A DNA stretch of 64,000 nucleotides from Bradymonadia bacterium (GTDB taxonomy: Bacteria; Myxococcota_A; Bradymonadia; UBA7976; UBA1532), in contig JBMOFP010000004.1 in assembly GCA_049318805.1 (NCBI GenBank), positions 493-64,492 of the forward strand, in the 5' to 3' direction. This document shows positions 39,215 through 48,714 of this stretch, piece after piece; positions within the stretch are counted from its first letter, which is position 1, and the number at the start of each line of letters is the position of its first letter. Under the pieces are notes generated by a model. That model saw nothing but the letters and a program-made list of their open reading frames with translations. It was not told where the DNA came from and did not search any database. Made by a program: the position numbers and the translations under genes.

Positions 39215-42200
39215 ATGCTCTCGCCCCGGGACCTCGGTCCGTTGCTGGAGGCCGTGGCGGTGCCGCCGCAGCTGGACGGCCTCGTACGGGCTGCGGCCGC
39301 GGCGATCGAAGGGGGTCGAGCGGACGAAGCCATTCGGCCCCTCGAGTCCTTGTCCGGGAGCGACGCCGTCGTCGTCCCGTGGTTGCTCGGGGCGGCGCAC
39401 CTCAGTCGCTCGGACTACGCCCGGGCCGCACCTTTGTTGGAACGGGCGCTTCAGCTCCAGCCGGCCCTGCCGGGCGCGCAGATCGCCTACGCCCAGGTGC
39501 TCGAGGTCTTCGATGAGCTCGAGAGCGCCGCCGAGTATCTGAGGGCCTGTTTGCAGCAGCGTCCCGACCACGTCGGCGCGATCGCGGGGCTGGCGCGGGT
39601 CTACAATCGCTCTGGTCGTCTCGATCGCGCCGAGGCGCTGGCTCGCCGCGGCCTGGAGCTCGTCCCGGAACACCCCGCCTTGCTGCGGGCCCTCGCGGAC
39701 GCGCTGCGCCGGCAGGACCGGCACGAGGACGCGGTTCGGGTGCTCGAGGTCGCCGTCCGAGCGACCCCGAACGACGAGACGGCGGCGGTGGCGCTCGGTC
39801 GTTCACTCCTGAAGCTCGGTCGAAGCCTCGAAGCGGCGCCGGTCTTCGAGCGTGTCCTGCGCCGCAACGCCGAGAGCACGGGCGCACTCGCGGGCATCGC
39901 CGAGTCGCTCGAACTCTCGGGACGCCACGCCGAGGCGCAGGGCTATCTCTTGCGGGCGATGGCGGCGGCGCCGGAGCAGTCCTGGCTCCATCTGTTGCAC
40001 GGTCGACTCGCGGCGAACACCGGCAATCTGCTCGGCGCCGAGCAGGCCGCGGCCCAGGCGGCCGCCCTGCCGGGACCCGAGCACACACGCATCGACGCGC
40101 TCCGGCTGGCCGTCCGTGTGTCCCGTGGTCGGGGTGACCTCGACGGGTCCGACGACTACGCGCGCCGGCTCTTGGAGTGGTCTCCCGACGATCCGGAGGG
40201 CCGAGTCGCCCGGGCGCTGATGCGTGTGCTCGACGGCGCGGCCGAGGAGGTCCGAGGAGACCTGACGGCGCGGTCGAGTGGCGCCCGCCCGCAGCACGAA
40301 GCCCTCGTCGCTCTAGGCTGTGCGCTCTACGTGACCGGAGACGATCGCGGCGCCGCGGATCGAGCGATCGCCGCCCTGAAGGCCTCGCCGGACGACCTGC
40401 TCGCTCAACGGCTCCTGACGCTGGTCTACGAACCCACCCACACGCCCGCCGAGGAGCGCGCGTCGCGGCTGCGGGCGCGGCTGACGGCGCCGTCGGTGCC
40501 CGCGAACGACTCGACGACCGCGTCCAGGGTGGGTGAGGTGCCGGGCGGCGGGCTTCACCCGTCGGGACGCATCGGGCACCGCGTCACCGGACCGATTCCG
40601 CTCGTCGAGATGGCGGTCCATCAGCTCCTCACGCCCGACCGAGCCCCGGCGACCCCCGCGCGGGGCATGCCGGCCGTGGGCGCGAGCCCGCGCGCACGCC
40701 CGTCCGGCGCCCTGGAGCTGACCGCGATGCCGACCCGGGCGGCCTCCGGCTCGATGCCCGCCATCACGGTGATGAGCCCGGAGGAGGCGGCGGCCCACGC
40801 CGAGGACAGCGTCGAGGAGACCGCGGAGCGGGTCGCGCCCGACGACGGGGCGCTCGCGGGCGAGACCGAACTGGCGGCGCTCCGGGGGCTCCTGGAGCGT
40901 GCGCGCCGCGTATTGACGGGCGACGGGGAGCTGGCGCCCGACCGGTCGGTCGTCGAGCGACTCGCCGACACCCTCGACGACCCGATCACCCTCGCCGTGG
41001 TCGGGCCGAGGGGCGCCGGCAAGACGACCTTCGTCAACGCGCTGATCGGCGAAGACCTGCTGCCGACCTCGTCCGTCGTGCCCCACCTTCTGCGCTACGG
41101 GCGCAAGGCCGCCAGCCGCATCGTGCATCACGACGGCGCGGTCGAAACGGTGCCCATCGAGACGCTCCGAGAGGTGCTCGAGCGGCGCGCCGTGGAGCTC
41201 AAGGACACGCACGTACGCCACGTCGAGCTCGTCTACCCGATCGGCGAGCTGACGCGCGCCAACGTGCTCGAGGTGCCGGATTTGCGGATGGATGGCCCGG
41301 GCTCGCCCGAGGAGCTCTCCGCAAGCGAGGCCCTCGTGCAGAGCGCCGACGCGCTGGTCTGGCTCGCGGGCATCGACCAGGGCATCGAGCCGTGGCGCCT
41401 GGCCGCGCGCTTTCTCGAGGCGCACGCCCGCCCGGCCCTGGCCGTCGTGACCCGTATCGAGGGCCACGACGCCGCCCAGGTCGACATGGCCGTCAGCCGT
41501 GCCCTCGTCACGCTGGGACGTCGGGTCGAGGACGTGGTCGCCGTGAGCGCCCGGGTCGCGCTGAGCGGTCTGCGGTCGCGCAACCTCGAGGACCTACGGC
41601 GAAGCGGCATCGCGAAGCTCCACCGTCTGTTGCGCGCCCGCTTTTTCGGGCGCTCCGCCCTCATCAAGGCGAGCTCCACCCGCAAGCGCTTGCTCGAAGC
41701 GCTGCGCGGCGCGCTTCGCCAGGTGGACGCGCGCGCGGAGCGCCTCGCCGCGCGCCACGCGACGGTGGCCGCGCTGGGCGCGCAGCTCGGGCTGGACCGT
41801 GTTCGCCTGGCGCGCGAGGTGCGCGAGGACGTGCCCCCGCGTGTGCGTGCCGCGGTCGAGCGGGCGGTGCGCGAGACCGCGCCGGAGCTGGTCGAGATCG
41901 CTCGCGAACACCGAGGCGGCCAGGCACGGGTCCACGCCCTGCGCGCGCTGCGCCGGAGCCTGAGGGTCCGCGTCGGCGAGGCGGTCGCGACCATCGGAGA
42001 CGAGCTCGACGAGCGCATCGACCGGTCTTTCCACGGCTACTTCGAGCGCCTCGAGGTGGTCTTCGGGGGCGAGGTCTCGACCCAGGCGCAGCGTGTCCCG
42101 GCGCTCCGCGGCCTGCTCGAGGGTCATCGGATGCTGCGCCTCGAGCAACGATTCGGGCGCTACCAGGCCTACCTCGAGGGCTGGATTGACCAGGCGCCGC

Positions 42201-42487
42201 TCGGCCCGCTCCTCGACGATCCGCTCGTCTCGCGGGGGGTCGAGGCGGTCGCCGCGGGCTTGCGCAACCACGGCCTCGCGCTGGACCTTTTGCCCCCCCT
42301 CGACCTGGCGGAGGTCGCGGAGTCTCTCTTCGATGGTTTCGCCGAGTTCGCGGGCGAGACCAAGGCCGAGGTGCGTGTGAGTCAGATCGAGCTGGGCACG
42401 CGCCTGGGGGAGCCGCTGCGACGTCTCATCCACGAGGTCGAGACGCTGCCGGTCGGCGTTTCGGAGCCCAAGGGGGAGCGCTCGTGA
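39215..42487 (+). CDS. TPR + dynamin-like GTPase-domain fusion protein
   Basis: N-terminal TPRs, Pro/Ala linker, AVVGPRGAGKTTFVNALIGEDLLP...LLRYG, SADALVWL, helical tail. TAGGAT (39202-39207) lies 7 nt before ATG 39215; alternative start 39206. Confidence 0.85.
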   Translation: MLSPRDLGPLLEAVAVPPQLDGLVRAAAAAIEGGRADEAIRPLESLSGSDAVVVPWLLGAAHLSRSDYARAAPLLERALQLQPALPGAQIAYAQVLEVFDELESAAEYLRACLQQRPDHVGAIAGLARVYNRSGRLDRAEALARRGLELVPEHPALLRALADALRRQDRHEDAVRVLEVAVRATPNDETAAVALGRSLLKLGRSLEAAPVFERVLRRNAESTGALAGIAESLELSGRHAEAQGYLLRAMAAAPEQSWLHLLHGRLAANTGNLLGAEQAAAQAAALPGPEHTRIDALRLAVRVSRGRGDLDGSDDYARRLLEWSPDDPEGRVARALMRVLDGAAEEVRGDLTARSSGARPQHEALVALGCALYVTGDDRGAADRAIAALKASPDDLLAQRLLTLVYEPTHTPAEERASRLRARLTAPSVPANDSTTASRVGEVPGGGLHPSGRIGHRVTGPIPLVEMAVHQLLTPDRAPATPARGMPAVGASPRARPSGALELTAMPTRAASGSMPAITVMSPEEAAAHAEDSVEETAERVAPDDGALAGETELAALRGLLERARRVLTGDGELAPDRSVVERLADTLDDPITLAVVGPRGAGKTTFVNALIGEDLLPTSSVVPHLLRYGRKAASRIVHHDGAVETVPIETLREVLERRAVELKDTHVRHVELVYPIGELTRANVLEVPDLRMDGPGSPEELSASEALVQSADALVWLAGIDQGIEPWRLAARFLEAHARPALAVVTRIEGHDAAQVDMAVSRALVTLGRRVEDVVAVSARVALSGLRSRNLEDLRRSGIAKLHRLLRARFFGRSALIKASSTRKRLLEALRGALRQVDARAERLAARHATVAALGAQLGLDRVRLAREVREDVPPRVRAAVERAVRETAPELVEIAREHRGGQARVHALRALRRSLRVRVGEAVATIGDELDERIDRSFHGYFERLEVVFGGEVSTQAQRVPALRGLLEGHRMLRLEQRFGRYQAYLEGWIDQAPLGPLLDDPLVSRGVEAVAAGLRNHGLALDLLPPLDLAEVAESLFDGFAEFAGETKAEVRVSQIELGTRLGEPLRRLIHEVETLPVGVSEPKGERS

Positions 42488-44007
42488 GCGCGCCGCGGCC
42501 GACCCTTCGGGTGTGGCTCGCGACACTGACCCTCTGGGCGTGCGCGGGCGGGGAGCTCGCGGAGTCGGCCGACGGGGCGTTCTCTCCCGTGCCTCGGCCC
42601 CGCCTCGACGGGAGCGTGGCGCTGGGCGAGGCCGGCGTGCCCGTGGGGCCGTCGGCGGACGCGGCGGTCGGGGGCGCCCCGGGGGACGCCACGGTCGGCC
42701 CGAGCGGTGGAACACCCGCTGCGGGCGGCACCGCCCCGCCCGGCCAGGACGCGGCGCCCGTGGACCCTGGCCCCCCCACGGACCCGAACGACCAGGACGG
42801 AGACGGGGTCCCGGTCGCCGACGATTGCGACGACCTCGACCCGGACCGCGCGCCGAACCTGCCCGAGACCCCAGGCGACGGCGTCGACAGCGACTGTGAC
42901 ACCCAGGACGACCTGGCGTGTTTCGCCGCCGCCGATTGCCCGCCCGCCTGGTCCTGCCGCGCGGACTACACCTGCCAGCCCGGATGCCGCCCGGACGACT
43001 GTCGCCCCGGCTTGCGGTGCAACTCCATCGAGCGTGTGTGCCTGCCCGATCCCTCTCTTTCAGGGTGCGGGCGCGACGTGGACTGTCCCGCGGACCAGGC
43101 GTGTGTGCCCTACCGTGTCGTCCGCACGGGCAGTCTGGGCCTTACTTGCCAGCCTCGAGAGGGCGAAGCGGGCCCGGGCGCCGCGTGTGCCGACGACGCC
43201 GAGTGCCGGAGCGGCGTGTGTCTGCGGGGCACGGGCTGCTTCGGCCCGTGTCGCGACGACGCGGACTGCGGGGCCGGAGCGGCGTGCGCGTGGACGCGGC
43301 TCCAGTCCGGAGAGACGCAGAATCGGTTCCGCGTGTGTGTACGCCAGATCCGAGCCTGCACGAGAGACGCGGACTGTGCGGGAGGCGGCGTGTGCGCGGC
43401 CATCGCACGACCGGACGCGCCGCGCGGGGTGGTGCTCGCCTGCGTCGCCCCGTCGCCGGACGCCGGCCCCGGGGGCCCGGGGGCCGCATGCGCCCAGGAC
43501 GCGGACTGCCGCACCGGCGCGTGCCTCGCCGAGGACGGGCTGTGCATCGGGGCCTGCGCCGACGCGGCTGACTGCGCCCCGGGTCAGCGCTGCTATGCCG
43601 CGGGGGTCTTCTACACCGACGATGGGGGGACCGCCGGCCCGGCGGACGACGTCGAGACGGGCCTCCCTCAGTGCCTGCCGGACTTCGGGTCCGACGCGGC
43701 GTGTGACGCGCTCCGCTTCTGCCCGGAAAACGAGGTGTGTTTCCCTCGACGTGCGGCGGACGGCCGCACGTACGAGACCCGGTGTCGGCGCGCGGCCGGA
43801 CCCGGTGTGGCCGGCGCGATGTGTGACGCCGACGGGGACTGCGCCACGGGCGCCTGTGTCGACGGCGGGTGCGTCGGCGTCTGCCATGGACCCGAGGACT
43901 GCGCCCCCGGGAGCTTCTGCGTCGAGCGCCGATGGATCTTCGACGATCGGGGCACGGACGACGTGTACGACGACCACACGCTCGAGGTGGGCCTCTGCGT
44001 CCGGTGA
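42484..44007 (+). CDS. Cys-rich surface lipoprotein (MopE-related metal-binding motif + CxxDxDC repeats)
   Basis: Lipobox LWAC, DCDDLDPDRAPNLPETPGDGVDSDCD and about 9 C..D.DC/EC repeats. Confidence 0.88.
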   Translation: MSAPRPTLRVWLATLTLWACAGGELAESADGAFSPVPRPRLDGSVALGEAGVPVGPSADAAVGGAPGDATVGPSGGTPAAGGTAPPGQDAAPVDPGPPTDPNDQDGDGVPVADDCDDLDPDRAPNLPETPGDGVDSDCDTQDDLACFAAADCPPAWSCRADYTCQPGCRPDDCRPGLRCNSIERVCLPDPSLSGCGRDVDCPADQACVPYRVVRTGSLGLTCQPREGEAGPGAACADDAECRSGVCLRGTGCFGPCRDDADCGAGAACAWTRLQSGETQNRFRVCVRQIRACTRDADCAGGGVCAAIARPDAPRGVVLACVAPSPDAGPGGPGAACAQDADCRTGACLAEDGLCIGACADAADCAPGQRCYAAGVFYTDDGGTAGPADDVETGLPQCLPDFGSDAACDALRFCPENEVCFPRRAADGRTYETRCRRAAGPGVAGAMCDADGDCATGACVDGGCVGVCHGPEDCAPGSFCVERRWIFDDRGTDDVYDDHTLEVGLCVR

Positions 44008-44135
44008 ACGGGGCGCCTTGACGTCCCACGGCGCGTGGTTATTGCTCTGGGTGTGGGTCGATGAGTCAGGCGCCCGGTGCGAGACCGGGAGCGCCGGCGG
44101 CCCTTGCGCTCAACTCAACGCGTGGAGAAGTCCCC

Positions 44136-44597
44136 ATGTGGTATCGCACCCGTCCGTTCCTCGCTGCCCAAACCCCTGAAAACCTGCTGCCCTGGGCCTC
44201 TCTCGAGGAGATCCGGCGGCGCATGGACCGGGTCCTCGACGACGTGTCGCGCAGCGACACCGAGGCCGTCGACCGTTCCGCCGCCCACGTCTTCGAAGAC
44301 ACCGGCACCTCGCTCGTGCTGCGGGCCGACCTGCCCGGAGTGACCGAGAAGGACCTGACCGTGACCTTGCAGCGCAACGTGCTCGGGCTGACGGTCCGGC
44401 GCACGCTGGAGCGTCCCGAGGGCTTTCGCCCGCACCGCCAGGAGCGTTCGAGCTTCGAGCGCACCTGGACGCTGCCGCTTCCGGCCCGCGTCGATCCCGA
44501 GAAGGTCAAGGCGACGCTCGCCGACGGCGAGCTGACGGTCACGCTCGCGAAGGCCATCGAGGACCAGCCGCGCACCGTCGCCGTTCAGGTTGCCTGA
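44136..44597 (+). CDS. Hsp20/alpha-crystallin small heat-shock protein
   Basis: RADLPGV, FERTWTLPLPARVDPEKVKATLADGELTVTL. RBS GGAGA before ATG 44136. Confidence 0.93.
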   Translation: MWYRTRPFLAAQTPENLLPWASLEEIRRRMDRVLDDVSRSDTEAVDRSAAHVFEDTGTSLVLRADLPGVTEKDLTVTLQRNVLGLTVRRTLERPEGFRPHRQERSSFERTWTLPLPARVDPEKVKATLADGELTVTLAKAIEDQPRTVAVQVA

Positions 44598-44637
44598 GCA
44601 TCCCACCCCTCTCTTCACCTCAAAGGACACCCATCCC

Positions 44638-45003
44638 ATGAATCCCCGTTCACGAGAGACCGCGGCTTCGCATCGAAACACCCCCGAGCAGACCCGTACC
44701 GAGCGCGCCGTGACCCCCGCCGTCGACATCTGGGAGAGCGAGACCGCGCTCCGGATCGTCGCGGACCTGCCCGGCGTGAAGCGCGACGACCTGCGCCTTC
44801 ACCTCGAGGCGGAGCGGTTGAGCCTGGAGGCGCGCCGCGCCCAGAGCGGAGAGCCGCCCGTCGTCTACCGTCGACAGTTCGCGCTGGCGCCGCTCTTCGA
44901 CGCCGACCAGGTGACGGCCGCGCTGGATCGAGGGGTGTTGACGATCACCCTGCCGAAGTCGAAGTCCACGCAGCCGCGGCAGATCCCCGTCACGGTGGGC
45001 TGA
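44638..45003 (+). CDS. Hsp20/alpha-crystallin small heat-shock protein
   Basis: PAVDIWES, ADLPGV, YRRQFAL, DRGVLTITLPK. RBS AAAGGA. Confidence 0.93.
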   Translation: MNPRSRETAASHRNTPEQTRTERAVTPAVDIWESETALRIVADLPGVKRDDLRLHLEAERLSLEARRAQSGEPPVVYRRQFALAPLFDADQVTAALDRGVLTITLPKSKSTQPRQIPVTVG

Positions 45004-46537
45004 CGCCCGGCGGCGGGGCGCAGGTGGCCCGTGCGCTCACGAGCTCCGGGTCGTCCGCGCCCAGGACCTCGAGCGCGTCGCCCAGCGCACACGCGCGCAG
45101 CAGCATGCGGCCCACGGGCGCGCGCCAGCGAGTGCGGGGCTGGCAGCGCCACGCCGCGCGCGCGTCCTCGGCGGCTTCGGCGATCCGCCCGGCGCGCGCC
45201 TGCAGCGTCGCGCGGTTGAAGTAGGCCGGGCACAGGTCGGGGCGCACCGCGATCGCCACGGTGAAGTGCGCGAAGGCGTCGGCGTCTCGGCCCTGCTCCG
45301 CGCGAATCGAGCCCAGATTCGCGTGGGCGCGCCCGACCTCGGGGGCGACCTCGAGGGTCGAGGTCCAGAGCGTCTCTTCGCTATGCCAATCCTCGACCCG
45401 AGTCCAGGTCCGCAAGAGCATCAGCGTCAGCAGCGGCGCCATGAGCGCGGCCAGCCGCGTGGGCCGCAACGCGCCGCTCTGCAGGCGCGGGTGACACAAG
45501 GCCGCCGCACCGAGCCCGCACAGACCCCACAGCGCGATGTAGGTGCGGTGCTCGGCGAGGAGCTCGTGATGCGGCTTGAGCTGACTCGAAGGGAGAAGAA
45601 ACAGGAACCACCACGCGAGTCCCAGCGTGATCCCGGGCGCCTTCCGTGCCGCGAGGACCGCCGCGACGACCGACCCGCCGATGAGCACGAGGCCCGCCAT
45701 CGGTCCGACCTCGAGAAGGCCCGTCGCGATGGGGAAACCGTTGGGGGAGTAGTCTGCCTGCAGGTCCGCCGGCCACAGCGCGAGACCGAAGTAGTGCAGG
45801 TGCCCGTGCAGCACCGTGCCCACGTGCGCCGCGAGCCCACCCCCCCAAAGCCCGGCCCGTTGAGAGTGGTCGTGCGCCCCGAACTTCCAGAGCGCGAAGG
45901 TCGCGATCCACCCCCACCAGACGGCCAACATCCGCCAACGACGCAGGTCCGGTCGAAGCAGGTGGAGCACCCCGAGGACCAGGCCCGTGGCGGCCGCGGA
46001 CTCGTGGGAGAGGAGACCGAGCGTCAGTACGGCGAGGCCTTGCAGGTCGCGTCGGGAGAGCCACGCGTGCACGGCGAGCAGCGAAAAGAGGCAGGCCATG
46101 ACATCTCGCCGGCCGGCGATGTTGGCCACGGCCTCGACGCCGAGGGGGTGGACGGCGAAGAGCAGCGCCGTCGCGAGGGCGAGGGCGGCGTGCCCGAAGA
46201 GCCGACGCACGAGCAGGCCGCCCGTGAAGACCACGAGGGCGTGCAGGACCACGTTCGTCAGGTGATAGCCCCAGGGCTGCAGCCCGTAGACCTCGTACTC
46301 GAGCGCGTGTGTGGTCGATCGGAGCGGACGAAGCGTGCAGATCGAGCCCGAGTCGAAGTCGAACATCGCGGGGATGCGCTCGACGCCGTGGTGGCAATCC
46401 GTGGCCACGAGGAGCGGCACGTCGTCGAAGACGAAGCCGCCGGCGAGCGCGCCGCCGTAGGCCAGGAACGCGACGCCGAGCGCCGCGAGCAACAGCGCGG
46501 CGAGCCTCGCGGGGGAGTCTGTCGGGTGTACGCCCAC
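44990..46537 (-). CDS. TMTC-like GT-C membrane glycosyltransferase with C-terminal TPR
   Basis: GGFVFDD, LRPL, YHLTNVVLHA, LFAVHPLGVEAVANIAGR, LWPADLQADY, AEHRTY, WHSEETLW, then TPR. Confidence 0.85.
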   Translation of the reverse strand: MGVHPTDSPARLAALLLAALGVAFLAYGGALAGGFVFDDVPLLVATDCHHGVERIPAMFDFDSGSICTLRPLRSTTHALEYEVYGLQPWGYHLTNVVLHALVVFTGGLLVRRLFGHAALALATALLFAVHPLGVEAVANIAGRRDVMACLFSLLAVHAWLSRRDLQGLAVLTLGLLSHESAAATGLVLGVLHLLRPDLRRWRMLAVWWGWIATFALWKFGAHDHSQRAGLWGGGLAAHVGTVLHGHLHYFGLALWPADLQADYSPNGFPIATGLLEVGPMAGLVLIGGSVVAAVLAARKAPGITLGLAWWFLFLLPSSQLKPHHELLAEHRTYIALWGLCGLGAAALCHPRLQSGALRPTRLAALMAPLLTLMLLRTWTRVEDWHSEETLWTSTLEVAPEVGRAHANLGSIRAEQGRDADAFAHFTVAIAVRPDLCPAYFNRATLQARAGRIAEAAEDARAAWRCQPRTRWRAPVGRMLLRACALGDALEVLGADDPELVSARATCAPPPGVSPP

Positions 46538-46616
46538 GCCGCGACGATGGCACGACCCGCGCCGAGACGCATCCCGACGCTTGCTGCAACGCCGCGGGTC
46601 CGTCAACGTGCCCGGC

Positions 46617-48200
46617 ATGAACGCACCCACGCCGACGCCCTGGTCCGAGGCGCGGACCGCCCTCGACGCCTGGCGCGAGGACACACGCACGAACTACTAC
46701 GAAGCGGATCCGCTGCTGGACCGCGTTCTGCGCCGGCACCTCGAGCCCGCGGCCTACGCGGCGGCACGGCCCGGGCTCGTGGACTTCGGCGCCCTGAGCG
46801 CGCAGGTGCTCGATCCGCTGATTCGCGAGAACAACCGGGACGAGAATCTGCCTCGGCTGCGGCGCTTCGACGACTTCGGCCACCGCATCGACGCCGTCGA
46901 TTTTCACCCGAACTACGGGGAGATCGGACGCCACGTCTACCGAACGCCCGTGATTCGAGGCTACGCGGAGCCTGGCCAGGAGCGCGTGCAGCTCGCCTAC
47001 GCTTACCTGCTCGCGCACCACGGAGAGGGCGGGCACCTCTGCCCGTTGGCGTGCACCGCGGGCCTGGTCAAGCTGCTCCAACATCGGGGCGACGATGGGC
47101 TCAAGGCGCGGCTTCTCCCCGGGCTCCTGCACGACGACCGCCTCGCGCCCGAACACCTGCACGGTGCGCAGTTCCTGACCGAGATCCAGGGCGGGTCCGA
47201 CGTCGGCGCGAACGCGCTCCGGGCCACACGCGACGGGTCGGACTGGCGCCTCGACGGGGAGAAGTGGTTCTGCTCGGTGATCGACGCGGACCTCTACCTC
47301 GTCACCGCGCGCCCCGACGGGGCCGCCCCCGGCACCGCCGGCCTCGGCGCGTTCGTGGTGCCGCGCCTTCGACCGGACGGCAGCCTGAACGGCGTGCACG
47401 TGCGGCGCCTGAAGTACAAGCTCGGCACGCGCAGCATGGCCAGCGGTGAGGCGGACTTCGTGGACTGCTTCGCCTGGGCGCTCGGTCCCACCGAGGGCGC
47501 GTTCAAGGCCGTGGTCGAGGTCGTGCTGAACACGAGCCGCGTCTACAACGCCGTGGCCGCCTGCGGCGTGATGCGTCGGGCCGAGCTCGAGGCCACGGCC
47601 TATGCGCGGCACCGCACGGCGTTCGGCCGACCCATCGACCAGTTCGTCGACGTCCGGCGAACGCTCGACGGCCTCCGGGCGCGCCGCTCCCTGGCCGTGG
47701 CCGGGACCTTCGCGCTGATCGCGCTCCAGGACCGCATCGCGCTCGGCGCCGCCACGGCCGGGGAGCGAGACGTCTTCCGCCTGGTGGTGAACATGAACAA
47801 GTACGCCACCGCCTGCGCGTCGACGGACCAGGTGCGCGCGGCCATCGAGGTCCTGGGGGGCAACGGCGCCATCGAGGAGTTCTCGGTGCTGCCGCGCCTC
47901 CTGCGGGACAGCATCGTCGTCGAGGCGTGGGAGGGGACCCACAACGTCTTGTGCGCCCAGGTGCTCCGCGACCTGCACAAGTTCGGGCTCCACCGGCCGT
48001 TCTTCGCGGGCCTCAGGACCGCATCGGCGGCCCTCTCGAGCGCGCCGACCTCGGGCGAGATCGAGGCGCTTTCGAGAGAAACGGAGGCCCTCCTCGCGTC
48101 GGATCCCGACACGCAGACGCTCGGCATGCGCGCGCTCGTCGATCGGCTCGTCGACCTGTGGCAGCGTGTTGCTCTGGCGGAAGTCGAGGGGGGCCGATGA
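46617..48200 (+). CDS. Acyl-CoA dehydrogenase, AidB-like
   Basis: GHLCPLACT, AQFLTEIQGGSDVG, LDGEKWFCS, RRLKYKLGTRSMASGE, LGGNG, EAWEGTHNV. Confidence 0.92.
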   Translation: MNAPTPTPWSEARTALDAWREDTRTNYYEADPLLDRVLRRHLEPAAYAAARPGLVDFGALSAQVLDPLIRENNRDENLPRLRRFDDFGHRIDAVDFHPNYGEIGRHVYRTPVIRGYAEPGQERVQLAYAYLLAHHGEGGHLCPLACTAGLVKLLQHRGDDGLKARLLPGLLHDDRLAPEHLHGAQFLTEIQGGSDVGANALRATRDGSDWRLDGEKWFCSVIDADLYLVTARPDGAAPGTAGLGAFVVPRLRPDGSLNGVHVRRLKYKLGTRSMASGEADFVDCFAWALGPTEGAFKAVVEVVLNTSRVYNAVAACGVMRRAELEATAYARHRTAFGRPIDQFVDVRRTLDGLRARRSLAVAGTFALIALQDRIALGAATAGERDVFRLVVNMNKYATACASTDQVRAAIEVLGGNGAIEEFSVLPRLLRDSIVVEAWEGTHNVLCAQVLRDLHKFGLHRPFFAGLRTASAALSSAPTSGEIEALSRETEALLASDPDTQTLGMRALVDRLVDLWQRVALAEVEGGR

Positions 48201-48589
48201 GCGCTGAACTTCAGGTCCTCGCACTCGTGAGCCTGTGGGGCATCGTCGTCCTGTACATCGCATCCGCCGGGCGCCTCCGGGTCGGCGGCGTCGGGTGGGG
48301 CCTCGGCAACCGTGAGAACGACCCGGTCTTTCCCGCGTGGGTCGGTCGCGCCGAGCGCGCCTACCGCAACCACGCCGAGAACTGGCCCCTGTACGTCGGC
48401 GCGGCTCTGGCCCTGCACCTGAGCGGGCGCGCGACCGAGACGACGGCGCTCGCGGCGTGGGTTTTCCTCGGTGCGCGCATCGCCCACACGGGTCTCTACG
48501 TCGCGGGCGTCACCGTCGCACGCACCGCCGCGTACTATGTGAGTCTCGGTGCCCTCGGGCTGATGTACCTGCGCGCCCTCAGCGGCTGA
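48197..48589 (+). CDS. MAPEG family membrane protein
   Basis: RAERAYRNHAENWPLY...FLGARIAH. ATGA overlap with the ACAD gene. Confidence 0.92.
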   Translation: MSAELQVLALVSLWGIVVLYIASAGRLRVGGVGWGLGNRENDPVFPAWVGRAERAYRNHAENWPLYVGAALALHLSGRATETTALAAWVFLGARIAHTGLYVAGVTVARTAAYYVSLGALGLMYLRALSG

Positions 48590-48714
48590 CCCCGGCGACG
48601 GCCTCCTCGGGCTTGCCGCGCACGTGGCAGGTCGGGCACAGTCCCGCAACTTTCCCGCACCCGTGTCCCCGGAAACCCAGGTCCGAGGCCGGGGGTGCTC
48701 ACCTCGGAGGTCTC

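Noticed and set aside
44016-44122. CIRCE, HAIR or sigma32 site upstream of the Hsp20 pair
   Set aside because: Only partial matches (TTGACG-16-TATTGC; CTTGCGC-3-ACTCAAC), with wrong spacing or sequence.
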